From: Octopus bimaculoides
Taxonomy: Eukaryota
Assembly: GCF_001194135.2 (NCBI RefSeq)
Contig: NC_068995.1
Coordinates: 50,946,860 to 51,010,859 of the forward strand
DNA: 64,000 nucleotides
Direction of reading: 5' to 3'
Shown here: positions 14,101-27,866 of the stretch, piece by piece
How positions within the stretch are numbered: the stretch's first letter is position 1
How the letters are laid out: each line of letters begins with the position of its first letter
Translations under genes and position numbers: made by a program
Notes under the pieces: generated by a model
Seen by the model: the letters and a program-made list of their open reading frames with translations, nothing else
Told to the model about the DNA's origin: nothing
The model's database searches: none

Positions 14101-14704
14101 TTTTTTAACTGATCCCTTGTGATAAGATTATAATTTTCAGGCCTATTCAGATTTTATGTCTACCCTGATTTGATTGGGTTGTTCGCCAATCCTTATCAGG
14201 TGTTCTATAGGTATATAGTATCATACTAGAGTTATAAGTGTCTCACACAGCCATGTAAAATATACATTCTGAAGATGAATGAGGTCACTGGTCTAGAAAA
14301 TTATAACCTTAATTAATAGCTAAATATCTTTGGCATTTAGACACTTGAGAATATATTAATTTACCACCTGTAATATTGTTTTCATAAGTATTTGTGTGTG
14401 TGGTTCCAATTATTGGTGTTTACCTCAAAATGGTATCAGTTTTTTAAAGATTACCAGTTTCCATATGGAAAACTTTTTTGTTTCTATTCTTTTTTGAAAT
14501 ATATATTTTTATCAAAAGCAGAAATGTGATTTTAAAAAATTAACAGTAAAAAAACTGTATAGCTTTTAATTTAAAAAAAAAAAAGCTATTTATACACCAA
14601 TGAAAAAGGCAGGTAATTCCAAAAATCTATCAAGATGGTTTATTCATCTTGCTTTAAAATTGGATTTCTGTCAGCAGCTGCTTTATTCTATATTATTCAT
14701 TTGC

Positions 14705-14800
14705 TATTATTATTATTATTATTATTATTATTATCATTATTATTATTATTATTATCATTATTATTATTATTATTATTATTATCATCATCATCATCATCAT
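14705..14800. repeat. Compound (ATT)n/(ATC)n microsatellite
   Basis: Directly visible. Confidence 0.95.
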
Positions 14801-17379
14801 TATCTGTGTTGTTATTGTTGAGTCTACCATCTCCTTTTGGTTTTATGTTTTTTATTTATCTTTATTTATTATGAAACACCTGTCCTCTAATTTGTTGTAT
14901 CCAGGTTCTTGATAGCTATTGAACACCTGTCAACTGATTGAATTGATAAATAAATAAAATAAATAAGTAAAACAAATAGTAAATAAATAAATATGCCTAT
15001 AGTAAAACAAACAAAAAAAAAATCGTCTGCTCTGTACCAGATCTATGCTATGAGATACATGTCATTGAATGTTATCAAGTCAGCAGTGAATTTGGTAACT
15101 AAGAAAATGATGCCATCAGATATTGGTGTATCTTGTTTTGCTGCAAAAATATCTATTTCTGTAGTTCTAAATTTGTGGAAGGTAGATAAAATTAAGTATG
15201 TCTTTTATTCTATTTTTATTTAGTGTTTTTTTTTAAATATATTAGTCCAGCATTTGGAAGTGGTGTTTTTTTTGGGGGTTTTTTTTTTGTGTATGTGAGC
15301 GTATACATGTACGTGGACTCACATGTATACACACACACACAGATATGTGTATTTAGGCATAACTTACACGTTTAGAGACACACACATTTGCACAGGCATA
15401 CATATGTGTGTATATCATCATCATCGCTTAATGTCCACATTTCCATGCTTGCATGGATTGAGCAGAGTTTTTTGAGCCAGATATTCTACAGCCAGATTAC
15501 TTTCCTCTCACCATCCCTCACCTAGTTCCAAGTAAGCTAATATTCCCTATAACCAGACATTTTTTCATGGAAGATTGGAAACGAAGGACATGACTTGCAG
15601 GAGGATTATACTTGTTTACAACTACCACCTGAAATCAAAGCAAGGAGACAGTCACACACACACACACACATTTATATGTGTGCTTCTTTCAGTGTCCATC
15701 TATCAAATCCACTCATGTGAGACTTTGGCTGAGCTGAGCCTATAGAAGACACTTGCCCAATATGCCATACTGTGGGGACTGAACCTGACACCATGTGGTT
15801 AGGAAGCAAACTTCTTACCACATAGCTATGCTTGCACCTGTTCCTGTATGTATGGTACTTTTCTACTCTAGGCACAAGGCCTGAAAACTTTGGGGTGGGA
15901 GCCAGTTGATTAGGTCAATCCTAGTACGCAACTGGTACTTAATTTATCGACCCCGAAAGGATGAAAGGCAAAGTCGACCTCAGCGGAATTTGAACTCAGA
16001 ACGTAACAGCAGACGAAATACTTCTAAGCATTTCACCTGGCATGGTTCCTATAGGAATTTGTAACTCAAGGTTTCAACACTTGTTGTCATTTGTCCAGCA
16101 TCTTGTGATCAAGCCTGGAACTTATTCTATCAGTTGTTTTTGATGAGCTGCTAAGTTACTGGGATTTAAACAAACCAGCAGTGGTGGACAACAAATACAA
16201 ACATAGACAACAGACGTTAAATGATGATGATGATGATGATGCATATGTATACACACACACACACACACACAATGGGCTTCTTTCAGTTTCTGTCGACCAA
16301 ATTCACTCAAGTCTTTGGTTGGCCCAGAGATATAGTAGAAGACACTTGCCCAAGGTGTTGCACAGTGAGACTGAACCCAGAACCATGGGTTCAGTTTCAC
16401 TAATATTAATCCCTTTGATGATGCCAAGTGAAATAAATTGTCTGCTAGCTGGGTTTGAACTCGTGAACTTAAGATCCAGCACACTAATTATATAACCACC
16501 TTGTGGTGTTAGGAATACAAAATTTGGGGGTGAGGAGGGAAGAATATACATACAGATATACACATACACATTATCACTTGACCAATTAAGTAATGAATGA
16601 AGAAAATAAACAGAATTTATGTACCTATTTTCTTAATTCTTCAAATTATGTGAATTTTTATCTTTCTGCAAATATTGTTGAATGCTTGCACAAACATTCG
16701 AGGCTTTGGAAAATATTTAATGTCTCCACTATTTCACTGCCAAGCTGATATGAAAAGATAAGGAAAAACACACACACACACACACACACTATTCCTGCCT
16801 GAAATAGCATATGTCTATCATGTAAGTTTATCATTAGAGGAAAACACAAAATTTTTTTATTTTTATTCCATTTGTTAAAACAGGTTTCGTTTTATATATA
16901 TATGTGTGTATATATATTTTATTTCTGTATGTGTACTTATAAGAATCTGATTGGGTACCATGGTATAACTAATGTAATCTTTCTGGTGTTGTAAACCCCA
17001 TAAAAAGGGCTCAGTCACTCTTTATCATATGTTCCTCACCCCTATAAATACACGTGTGTGTATGTGTGTATTACATACATTATATATATATATATATATA
17101 TAAAATGTGGTATGTACAGATAAGACAAGTTGCAGATGTTTGATAATAAAGGATTCCGCATACAGTAACTGTAAAGTATGTCTTTCTGTTCTGTTCTGTT
17201 ATGTGTGTGTGTATGTGTGTGTGATTCTGTGACCCACTCCAAAGACAACCAAGCCATCTAATCTAATGTATCGCAATTTTTTTTCTTGTGTAAGAGGATT
17301 AAACATCAGATTGCAGACTATCAAAGTATATATGTCAGCTCTATAGTTAGTTTAGCATTGCACCACCAGTTCCATTTTC

Positions 17380-17535
17380 TGTCTTTCTCTCTTTCTCTCT
17401 CTCTCTCTCATATCCCCACTCTCTCTCTTTTGCTCTCTCAGCCTCCCTCTCTTTCTCTCTGTCCCTCCCTCTCTTTCTCTCTCTCTCTCACACACACACC
17501 TATATTTACCCATCTTTGTTTCTCTCTCCCTCTCA
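17380..17535. repeat. (CT)n-rich polypyrimidine microsatellite
   Basis: Directly visible. Confidence 0.9.
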
Positions 17536-18435
17536 GGCTTCTAGCCAACCACAACTCTATAACCAGGATGTCCTACTCATCTCATTCATCACAACTGCCT
17601 GGTTTCAGGTTCAGTCCCACTGAGTGGGCAAGAGTCCTCTTCTGCACCCTTGGTTTAACTAATGTTTAGTTAGAAGTCATTGACAGAAATTGTGTACAAT
17701 TGGGAAAAATCTGTTCAAAAGTTCATTGTGTGTGTCTCCACACGTCCTTGTATTGAGACTGCTTCGGCAGCAGTGATGGAAGATGTGGAATAAAATACCT
17801 TTCTTGAAAAGTAAGGGTGGTCATCAAGATGGCTTCTAGCCATAGAATATACCACAAGAAAACTATGCTAACTCATTTCAGCATGGGAAAAAGCCAACAT
17901 AAAGTTAAAATGAAAGAAAATGGGACACAAATCTCTCATCTTTTATCTTTAACCCATTGCTGTTGTCCAAACTACACGCTATAGTCTAAATTCTTTTCTA
18001 AAATTCATCTTTGTCTTATGATTGTTTTAAGAAGGACCTAACTGAAGGTTTTATGTTGGAATAAAGAAAATTTATTCTGGTTTCATGAACAGAGAACTTG
18101 AACACATCTTCCAATGGTCATATAACAGCCTGGTTTCCTTATATAACACAACTATACATTAACTACACACAACGAAGAAACAGTTTTGCTCAACAGACTT
18201 CCTGTATATGAAAATCAATAAAAACCATTAAAATCACTACTAATGTTAACCCTCTACACTCCCTAGGGGCCTTTTTTTTATTGTATTTGTACTGTCAACT
18301 TGACAGAGATGAGTATATGGCTATATGTTTTGCAGTAGTTTGGTTAGCTGAAGGGAAGATAGAGACAGCTGTCTTTCTCAATATGGTTTTTGTTAAATAT
18401 GAACATAGAAGATAATTGATTCTTTGCCAATATCA

Positions 18436-18475
<40 letters not shown>

Positions 18476-19519
18476 CATTAAGATGCAACATGGGTTAAAA
18501 TATGTGGTGTATTCTATTTTTTTAGAATAGATACTCTGTATCCCTGTAGAAGGTTGGAAGGTGACTAAAAATGATGGTATCAAGAAGGGCATATGTCTAA
18601 CCTCATATGGAAAAGCAGACATAAAAATGGTGATGATGATGATGGTATATTATGAGATATCACTGATGCAAATTTAATGTTACTAAATCCCACCAAACCT
18701 TTGGATTATTTGAAAAATTAATTGAAAAATAGTGTATTTCGTTAGAAGAGATGAATTAAGATGTGGGATTAATTAAATTGTGAGATAAATTAAGATGGGT
18801 GGAGTTGAATTAAGATAGGAATATCAAACCATGAGGTGAAATGCTTATAAAAATTACATCACTTGATGAATGAGATGTAAGAGTAACTCTCACCTGAGAT
18901 AATGGAATGAAGAGGTAAAGCAAAATTGAAAGAAATATAGTTTTAAAAAAATAACGATTAAAACAAATAGATAAAACTAAATATCTTTTCTAAAATTATT
19001 ATTAATCAGTTTGGTGTAATCTTTTTTTTCAATCCTGTTAATTAATTCCAGATCAATTCTAAAATTAATATTAATTAGTTTGTAGCAATTGTTTCTAATT
19101 TTGTGAGTTAATTTCTAATCAGTTTTAGAATTAATATTCATCAGTTTCGAGTAATTTTTTCCACTTCTGTAAGTTAATTACTGGTTTCTTTTGACTCTGT
19201 TATTTGCTCAATGAAATATTTTAAAGTTTTGTTGAAATTGCTTTTTCCTTTTTTAATTTTTTTTTTTTTTTGCATTCTTCAGAAAAACTTTCTTTGGTAG
19301 TGTCATTGTGTATCATGGAGTACACTAGAATAATTTACCACTACATTTTTCAAATAGACATAAAACTGTAGTTCGTTGTGAGTTGTTGAAAAGGAGTTGT
19401 GACACTCATGCCATTCCCAATAGCAATGTAGCTGAGACTGAAATATAAGCAGCAAGCCTTACCATTTTCTCCATTTCCCAAGTTGAAATTCTGAAAAGGG
19501 TTTGTGACAATCTATTGGT

Positions 19520-19870
19520 AGGTCTTGACAGATACATTTATGTCGATTGGGACAGTCATATCAATGAGGAGGCATGATTTTTGTCTGAAGTCTTTCAATA
19601 TAATGTTTGGCCTATTTGCATCTATCTTTCTGTCAGTTTGAATAGTGAAGTTCCAGAGGAGTGAGATGGGATCATTTTCAAGCACTGGAGGTGGCTTGTG
19701 TTCCTACCAGTTTTTATCATGGGGGGCATGTCCAGGTTTTTGCAAATTACCCAGTGGATATATTGTGCTGCTCTATCATGCCTGTTGAGATAATCTAGAG
19801 GCACAAGAAGACTGCACATGGAGACAACATGATCAATGGTTTCATTTTGTTATTTACATACATGACATTA
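19520..19870 (-). mobile_element. R4/Dong-type non-LTR retrotransposon remnant (zinc knuckle + restriction-like endonuclease)
   Basis: CHVCK*QNETIDHVVSMCSLL..YLNRHDRAAQYIHW (CCHC + RH motif), then LLWNFTIQTDRKIDANRPNIILKDFRQKSCLLIDMTVP (PD..D-type RLE with D to N). Confidence 0.8.
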
Positions 19871-19959
19871 TTATTATTATAAAACTGATACTGTTGTTTT
19901 CACTGCGTCTTACTCTCAATTCTCTTCTCTTTCTGTATTCTGTTTTAGTTAAAACTGGG

Positions 19960-20200
19960 TTTTAACTGGCCGTTGCCAGTACTGCCAGACTGGCCCTCGT
20001 GCCTGTGGTATGTAAAAGCACCCGCTACACTCTCGGAGTGGTTGGCGTTAGGAAGGGGATCCAGCTGTAGAAACTCTGCCAAATCAGATTGGAGCCTGGT
20101 TCACCAGTCCTCAGTCAAATCGTCCAACCCATGCTAGCATGGAAAGCGGACGTTAAACAATGATGATGATGATGAGGATGATGGGTGACAGGTAAACCCA
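19960..20200 (+). mobile_element. Short RTE 3'-UTR retroposon (family C), young copy. Others at about 410(+), 8400(-), 24490(-), 27585(-), 39860(-), 47670(-), 50375(-), 53980(+)
   Basis: Near-identical to the 3' UTR of the LINE at 38360-38592; ends CATGGAAAGCGGACGTTAAA-(TGA)n. Confidence 0.85.
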
Positions 20201-21239
20201 ACATGAAACCCAGCCTAATATCACCGCTGCCACCACTTATTCCTTTGGTACCTTTAACTGCATTCTGTTGCAAATATTCAGACCAGAATCTATCTCGTCT
20301 TCTTGCATGCTGAGTATCATTCCCATAAGTCTTACCATTCATATGGGGGTTTTAAAAGTCATAGGTACTGTCTCTTTTTACCTGATTAAATAATTGTACT
20401 TTATAACTGTGACCCAATATCAAATTCCTCATGTTCAAATGTCTTCTTTTCTGAATAACATGTAAATCTATCAGATGACAGGGTGAATGGGAGACTAATG
20501 ACATTTCAGCTTTTCAGCTGCAGCCATACATCCTGTTGCTTTTGTTGATTTTTTTTTTTTTATCTTCATGCACAGTGTATCTAAGACTACATTATCCCAC
20601 GAGGATTTTTAAAAAAAATATTTTTCTTCCTGAAACTAGTAAAAGATTAAACCTTTTTAAAAATTATTTTTCATTCTGGTGGCACGTAATTCAAAAGAGA
20701 TTTAGCTACTCTTCAACACCTTAGCATTTAATCTGCCCATATCCAGCCTAAATGGTCTACTGACCAGATCCAACCTCTCACACCTACCCTACAATGTCAT
20801 TCTAAAATAGACAAACGCATCATTGAAATCTTGAAGGTGGTGCTCCAGCATGGCCACAGTCCAGTGATTGAAACAAGTAAAAGATAAGATTCTTTTCCTT
20901 TAATTAACCTGTTTATTCGTGTTATACCCCAACACAGCCATCCCTGTCTTAACACACTGGCAAATACCTCGATGCTCAGCAGCTTCTCTGCCTGAACTTA
21001 GGTTATGAAGTCTTTCACATGAATTAAGCTTAAAACCAACAGACAACACCTAGCTAGCTCGTTTGCAAATGTTCTCTTTAACGATATAAAATATATTATA
21101 ATTTATAAGTCGTTTCTGGTGGAGAATGTTCTGTTCTGTTAATAAATATTTATTGATAAAAGCGAAAAACCAGGTGATATCATAATATATTTGCTCTGAT
21201 TCACGACTGAAATGGAGGGAATATTGTATTTTCTTATTT

Positions 21240-21560
21240 GAATTTCTTATTTGAAGGAGTGGCTGCTATTTCTAGAGGATTGATCAACCATGGACAAGTT
21301 ATCTCTACGTAGTTCCCTTACATGATCATTCAGTTTATTTGAAATAGCAGCTAAATTTTCCTCAGTTCATACCATGCCCTTATTAAAAAGGTGGTGGAGT
21401 ATATTTGATGATGTAGTCTTAGATACAGTGTGGGGAAAAAATACAAAAAAACAAAAGAAAAGAAAAGAAAAAAAAGAGAAGATTATCACAGCTGGAGTGT
21501 CTTTTGATCATACTGTAGCTGCTTGATCAGAGATAACTTGGGGCTAAACGACCACCATGT
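21240..21560 (+). repeat. Unclassified interspersed repeat; related pieces at about 60-210, 4050-4245, 38100-38290(-), 41330-41500(-), 42580-42720, 47930-48060
   Basis: Shared motifs GGCTGCTATTTCTAG, GAAATAGCAGC.AAAT.TCC.TCA..TCA.ACC, GATGATGTAGTC.TAGATACA, GGGGCTAAACAAC. Confidence 0.55.
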
Positions 21561-22769
21561 AGATGCTCCCCCATGGGCTTGTTCAGGTAATGTTGTGTGA
21601 AGCAGGGTTGCAATATAAAATAATATTTCTCAAACAAACAATCAAATTCAAATAAATTACCAGAAAAATGATGCCGTTTTACCAGAATGTTTCTTAAGAA
21701 TTAGCAAGTGAAATATTTCTGAGTCTCNNNNNNNNNNNNNNNNNNNNNNNNNNNNNNNNNNNNNNNNNNNNNNNNNNNNNNNNNNNNNNNNNNNNNNNNN
21801 NNNNNNNNNNNNNNNNNNNNNNNNNNNNNNNNNNNNNNNNNNNNNNNNNNNNNNNNNNNNNNNNNNNNNNNNNNNNNNNAGAAATTAATAACTATATATT
21901 TTTTTTCTTCATTCCTTTCATGTTCTGTTTGTTTTATGTTACATTATTAATTTCAAAGCATGCATCTTTGTATAAAGAAATTCTTTCCCACCAACTGTGC
22001 ACATGGTAACATTCTACCATTCCTTGTGTAAGCAAAAAAAAAAGAAAGAAAGAAATGAAGTCATGGCTTATTACCTCTCTCTAAAGACAGCAAAGATGCT
22101 ATGTGTATATGTGTGTGTGGTTGTGTGTTTCATTTTCTCTTTCTTAGAACATATTCTAGTTAGTTATATGGCTGGAAGTTGAATTGTTCCTCCATGTAAT
22201 TCCTTACCGACAGACAGACAGACAGATAGACAGACACATGCAATTAAAGGTTTTTAAGTAAGCGATATTGGAAGTTAATGTGTGAAAGTTCAGGTTCTTC
22301 TATTGATTTTCATAATGCAGGAGAGAGAAAAGTGTATGTGTGTGTGTGTGTGAATTTTTGAATGATGTGATGTATGTAGAAGGCAACTTTTCCAATTAGC
22401 CAATTCTTCAGCATGATTTCAATTCTTAGCTTCAACTGTTTTCTTTTCGTCACCCCACAACACTTACATTGCTAAAGGTATCTGCAACATGGCTCCCATT
22501 TTCTTTTTCCCTCAAAGCGTAAAAATGCTTACATTTTCATGCTTTCAAAAAATAATTGAAATCCATTCTATTAGAAACTGTTTCTTTTCTTTTTCTCCCC
22601 CGAGAAATGTAACAATGGAAACGTTTTCTTTAAAAATACATCATCATCATCAGTTCACCTCCACTGTCCAGGCTGACATGGATTTGACCAATTGCTCTGC
22701 TCATTCACCATATTCAAGGGTACTGCTCACCTACATGGGCCAGAGGACCATATTGTGCTCATTTGCTTC

Positions 22770-23388
22770 ATGTGTGTGTATACATGTATGTGTGTATGTA
22801 TGCATCTGTGTATGTATGTATGTATGTATGCATGTGTCTGTGTGTATGTATACATGTGTGTGTATGTATGCATGTGTATGTATGTATGTATGCATCTATA
22901 TGTACATGTGTGTATGTACGTATGTGTGTGTATATATATGTAAGCATGTGTGTATGNNNNNNNNNNNNNNNNNNNNNNNNNNNNNNNNNNNNNNNNNNNN
23001 NNNNNNNNNNNNNNNNNNNNNNNNNNNNNNNNNNNNNNNNNNNNNNNNNNNNNNNNNNNNNNNNNNNNNNNNNNNNNNNNNNNNNNNNNNNNNNNNNNNN
23101 NNNNNNNNNNNNNNNNNNNNNNNNNNNNNNNNNNNNNNNNNNNNNNNNNNNNNNNNNNNNNNNNNNNNNNNNNNNNNNNNNNNNNNNNNNNNNNNNNNNN
23201 NNNNNNNNNNNNNNNNNNNNNNNNNNNNNNNNNNNNNNNNNNNNNNNNNNNNNNNNNNNNNNNNNNNNNNNNNNNNNNNNNNNNNNNNNNNNNNNNNNNN
23301 NNNNNNNNNNNNNNNNNNNNNNNNNNNNNNNNNNNNNNNNNNNNNNNNNNNNNNNNNNNNNNNNNNNNNNNNNNNNNNNNNNNNNNNN

Positions 23389-23428
<40 letters not shown>
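22770..23428. repeat. (TGTA)n/(TG)n and (TA)n low-complexity array spanning an N-gap
   Basis: Directly visible on both sides of gap 22957-23389. Confidence 0.9.
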
Positions 23429-23431
<3 letters not shown>

Positions 23432-24691
23432 ACACGTTTGCTCATGTATGTATATGTATTTCACATTAGCATTTATCATAATCGCTATCAATTTCTAATT
23501 AGTTGTTGACCTTTTTCCCTCAATAAGTACCTCAGACAAATTAATATTTAACCTTGGGAAGTTCATTTGTGTCGGTTCATCTTATATATGTATGCGTGTT
23601 TATATATAAACAATTAAAGTACATTTTCATAGTTTATGGAACATTTAAAAAAATTTATCGCAATTGTGTTTATGTATGTGCTCCTAAGTATAATGTATAC
23701 CTAAGATTAATATATGTGTGTATTATATTGTGTTTATACCTAAGATTAAAGTGTATATGTGTGTTTGTTGTTTTTGTTCAGTTTGTGATATAAAACATAA
23801 AAGTGCTAAATGCAGCAAAATCCTGGTGTTAAATAGACTGTCTCGTGGTATTCATTCTGACACTCTGCGGATGCTCTGGCTTCAGATTTGTCAAGGTCGA
23901 CTTTGCCATTCATCCTTCCAAGTTCAGTACAGTCTTGAGGTTGATTGTTCCTCCATTTCTCTCTCTCTCTCTCTCTCTAACTCTCTCAGTCTCTCTCTCT
24001 CTCTCTCTCAAAGGAATGGGACCTGCTTGGTTTTACAATATTCAAAGCGTGACAGTGTCACTACACCTCAAACAGGTGTTGAATATTCATAGCAGGAATA
24101 TATATAAATATATATGCATGATACACACATGTCATTATATTACACATGTGCGAGATCATGAGTTCGATCCCTGGCCTGGTTGGTGTGTTGTATTCTTGAG
24201 CAAAACTAATTTCATGTTGCTCTGCAGGTGGGAGAGTGTTAGAATTATTAGTATGTTGGCAGAAATGCTTTACAGCATATCTTCCAGCTCTCTACATTCT
24301 GAGTTCAAATCCCACCCGAAAGCCTCTCCAGTATTCACCCCAAGTTAAGTTTAGTCATGGTAGCTGAAGTGCCAGGAATCTATTTAAAAGCAATAGGGGA
24401 AGATATAGGCCCTCCTTGATCATATGAGGAGTGCTAGACAGGGCCTGCCTGAGGGCAGACCACTATTTGACGAGATTACATAATGTATATCATCATTTAA
24501 CGTCCATTGTCAATGCTGGCATGGGTTGGACAGTTTGATTGGGCTGGCACATTGGAATGCTGCACCAGGCTCCAGTCTGATTTGGCATGGCTTTCTACGG
24601 CTGGATGCCCTTCCTAATACCAACCACTCCGAGAGTGTAATGGGTGCTTTCACATGACACTCGCTCAGGTACCATTTGCATAAGCATTACG

Positions 24692-24740
<49 letters not shown>

Positions 24741-26643
24741 GTATGTACATATGTGTCTACATATGATGTATACATCTCTGCGTATGTATATGTGAAGAAC
24801 ATACTAATTAATTACCACATAGGAAACGAAATGTCAATACCAAATACATTATCGTTAGTATGTGTTAGTGTTAGTACATCTTAATTTATATATAAAACTA
24901 GAGTGGGAGGGAACAGTGTAAATTTATTTTTCATTTTTATACTTTTATTTTATTTTTTTTTTGTATCTATTTTATTTGTACTTATTGTTGAAAAGGTCAT
25001 CTCACTCCAAACTTAATTATTTATGCTTCACTGCTTAAAATGTTACCTCAATTATGAAGCAATCAAACGTGACCCATGTTATAGCATTTGAAGTATTGCC
25101 AAATTTGGATGGGAAGATGGGTTTATACAACATTGCCATAGACGTTTAGATTTTGAAACTATACTTGACAAATAGAAATTAAGAATTCTTCTTGCCCCCA
25201 GTTTTTTCTTTCTTTATGACCAAACTATATCTTGAAAGAAATCTTCAGTATCATTTACTTGTTTCAGTCATTAGACTGCGGCCATGCTGGGGCACCACCT
25301 TCAAGAATGTGAGTTGAATGAATCAATCCAGTACTTGTTTTCTTAAACCTGCTATTTATTCTGTTAGTCTCTTTTGCTGAAGTTACAGAGATGTAAGCAC
25401 ACACACACACACACACACACAATGGGCTTCTTTCAGTTTCTACCAGATCCACTCGCAAGGCTTCAGTCACCCCAAGGCTATAGTGGGGGTGGGGAGGTGT
25501 CTTTTGTCACAGTATTTGCTGAGAAAACAAAAAGACGGGTGCTCATGAAACAACCGTTTGCAATATTTGTTCTGTGTGTAGATATAGACACTTCATTGTC
25601 ACTCTTGATATCAGCAATACTGTGAACCAACGATTGGTTCTTTGGAAATCTCCAGTCAGCAATACTATTGTTCGAGTATCACAGTATAAAATTTCTATAA
25701 AAACATAAATAAATGGTACAGCTGTTGAAAATCAGAGACAGTATGACCAGGCATTGGTGCAGTAAATAAACAGAATATTGGACCGAAAACCATTGGTTAA
25801 CAGATATTATTAATTCTGGTGGGTTGCAGAATAAATAGTCATTGAATAGCAAAGAAGTTTATTGTATAATGTTATATAGAATTAATGTAAATTATATTCT
25901 CAGAAATACTACTTTGGACAGAAATGTCTGTATTTGATGTACTATGGACGTTGTGTGTATGTGTGTGTTGTATACGTGCACATGTTTGGGTATAATGTCT
26001 TGTGTGTATGTGTCTTTGTGTATTGTTTCTATGAATGTATGTAGATTAGTTTGTATTTACTGCATATTGGACAGGGAAATGAATAATATTTATTGAGTGC
26101 TATGACTAGTTCTGTTGAGAGACAATAGATCCGTGAAGAAACAAGAAGTTAAAGAATTCCAGCTGCTGTGATTGATTCTTAGATATTCAGAAGTAGAAAT
26201 CACTGGGTAACAGATGATAAAATATGGTACTACAAACATCACCAATTGAGATTGCAAGTATTGATAAAACCGTTTCAGTGTTTTGAAAGACTTGTATCAG
26301 ATTTATTCTATTTCACCCAACATTATTTTGTTCAGATTATTAGATAATCTTCCAAAATTCTCTAACAAATTCAATCAGAAATAGTCTATAATATGGATGG
26401 AAAAATTTTTAGATAAGATTTTGTTCTTTTTTGAATCTATTTGAGTTGTTTTATTTGTTTTTAACCAATTTTTTTTTTAAAAGAACATGGAAAAATACTG
26501 TAATTTTTTTCACAATTTTCTAAAATTTATAATTCACTATTATAATGTTTTTGTGCTTTTTTTTTTTTTTTTGAATATCTTAAAATTTAATAAATCTATG
26601 TAACATGTATATATTGATAATTTAATTTTTTTTTTTGTTTTAG

Positions 26644-26803
26644 GGAACAGCCACTGTTCAGCTGTAGGGCCCATGTTTTTCACATGGGAGATCAGGAGAG
26701 TAAGAAGCACTGGATTCAGATTAGTAAAACGGCTGCAGTAGTTCACTTTTATTATGACAATGCTCGTGCCACGTACCGAATTATAAGTGTTGAAGACTCA
26801 AAA
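26644..26803 (+). CDS. homer: Homer coding exon 2 (160 nt, phase 2 to 0): [53 protein letters not shown]
   Basis: Poly-T tract + AG acceptor at 26642-43, GTAAGT donor at 26804; N-terminal half of Homer EVH1. Confidence 0.96.
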
Positions 26804-27814
26804 GTAAGTTCTTTTGGACCTTTAAATATACCATCTTTCATAATATTGTAAAATTGTTGTCAACATTCTCAGTCCTTGACCTTGTGATGTAGGATACTTT
26901 GCTTGTTCTGGATAAACTCTACAGTCATGTCTGTGTTAAAAAGCCACCAGTAACTGAACCTGGCCAAGTTGTATGCAGGGTGATGAAACCTTCTGGTACT
27001 CTATCATTCAGTGTCTGTGCATTGCTGATTTGATGGTTTAGGTCAAAAAGCTGTTATTATGTGCAGGGCAGACTCAATTACCAGCTGAGTCTGTTCTCAA
27101 GTCCAACCCTGCACCTCCTGACTGGTAGCCATGTTAAAGAAAGTTGAGTAGTGGACATTGTTGAAGGTTTGAGGACAAAGTTTTTCATCTCAGATGAAGC
27201 TTTCAGCAACTTCAAGCACCTCTTCGTGATGAAGGTAGACTGGGAGTACTGACTTCAAGTAAATTTTATGAACTCGGGTGAGAGTGGCATGACTATATGA
27301 GCCTATTCTAGTTATGTATTGAGAACTGGGAGAAATCATTTGTGTGTTCTAGTGATTTTTATGATTCCAATATTTGTGGCAGACAGACATAAAGTCAAGT
27401 TGAATGACTTAACTTGATACTTATTTTTCCATAAATTATTTGGGAAAACCGACAGAAAATTGAGAACGACTTAAATCGAAATGACTTAATCCAAGGTATG
27501 CCTGTATTTTAAAACAAGGAGTTACTTTTCAATCACTCTGTATGTATGTATGTATGTAGGTAGGTAGGTATATATATATATATATAATCATCATCATTTA
27601 GTGTTTGCTTTCGATGCTGGCATGGGTTAGACAGTTTACCTGGAACTGGTAAGCCAGTGAACTGTGCCAGGTTCCAGTCTGGCTTTGGCTTGGTTTCTAT
27701 GGCTGGATGCCCTTCCTAATACCACCCACTCCAAGAGTGTAGTGGGTGCTTTTACATATCCCCAGTATCTAAAAGTACCCATGCCATATATATNNNNNNN
27801 NNNNNNNNNNNNNN

Positions 27815-27866
<52 letters not shown>

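Noticed and set aside
14120-14335. CTGAAGATG...GAAAATTA with a partial inverted repeat
   Set aside because: Stem II and stem I do not pair convincingly and the inverted match is only about 12 bp
18690-19210. AT-rich stretch with recurring AATTAAGAT and TTAATATT...CAGTTT motifs
   Set aside because: No stable period or boundaries could be established; treated as low-complexity DNA
22489-23509. Long ORFs in the track across gaps and microsatellites (also 6777-7433, 10748-11085, 38429-39327 on +, 45067-45850, 59563-59871)
   Set aside because: Their length comes from N runs and [16 protein letters not shown] repeat translations; they are not coding
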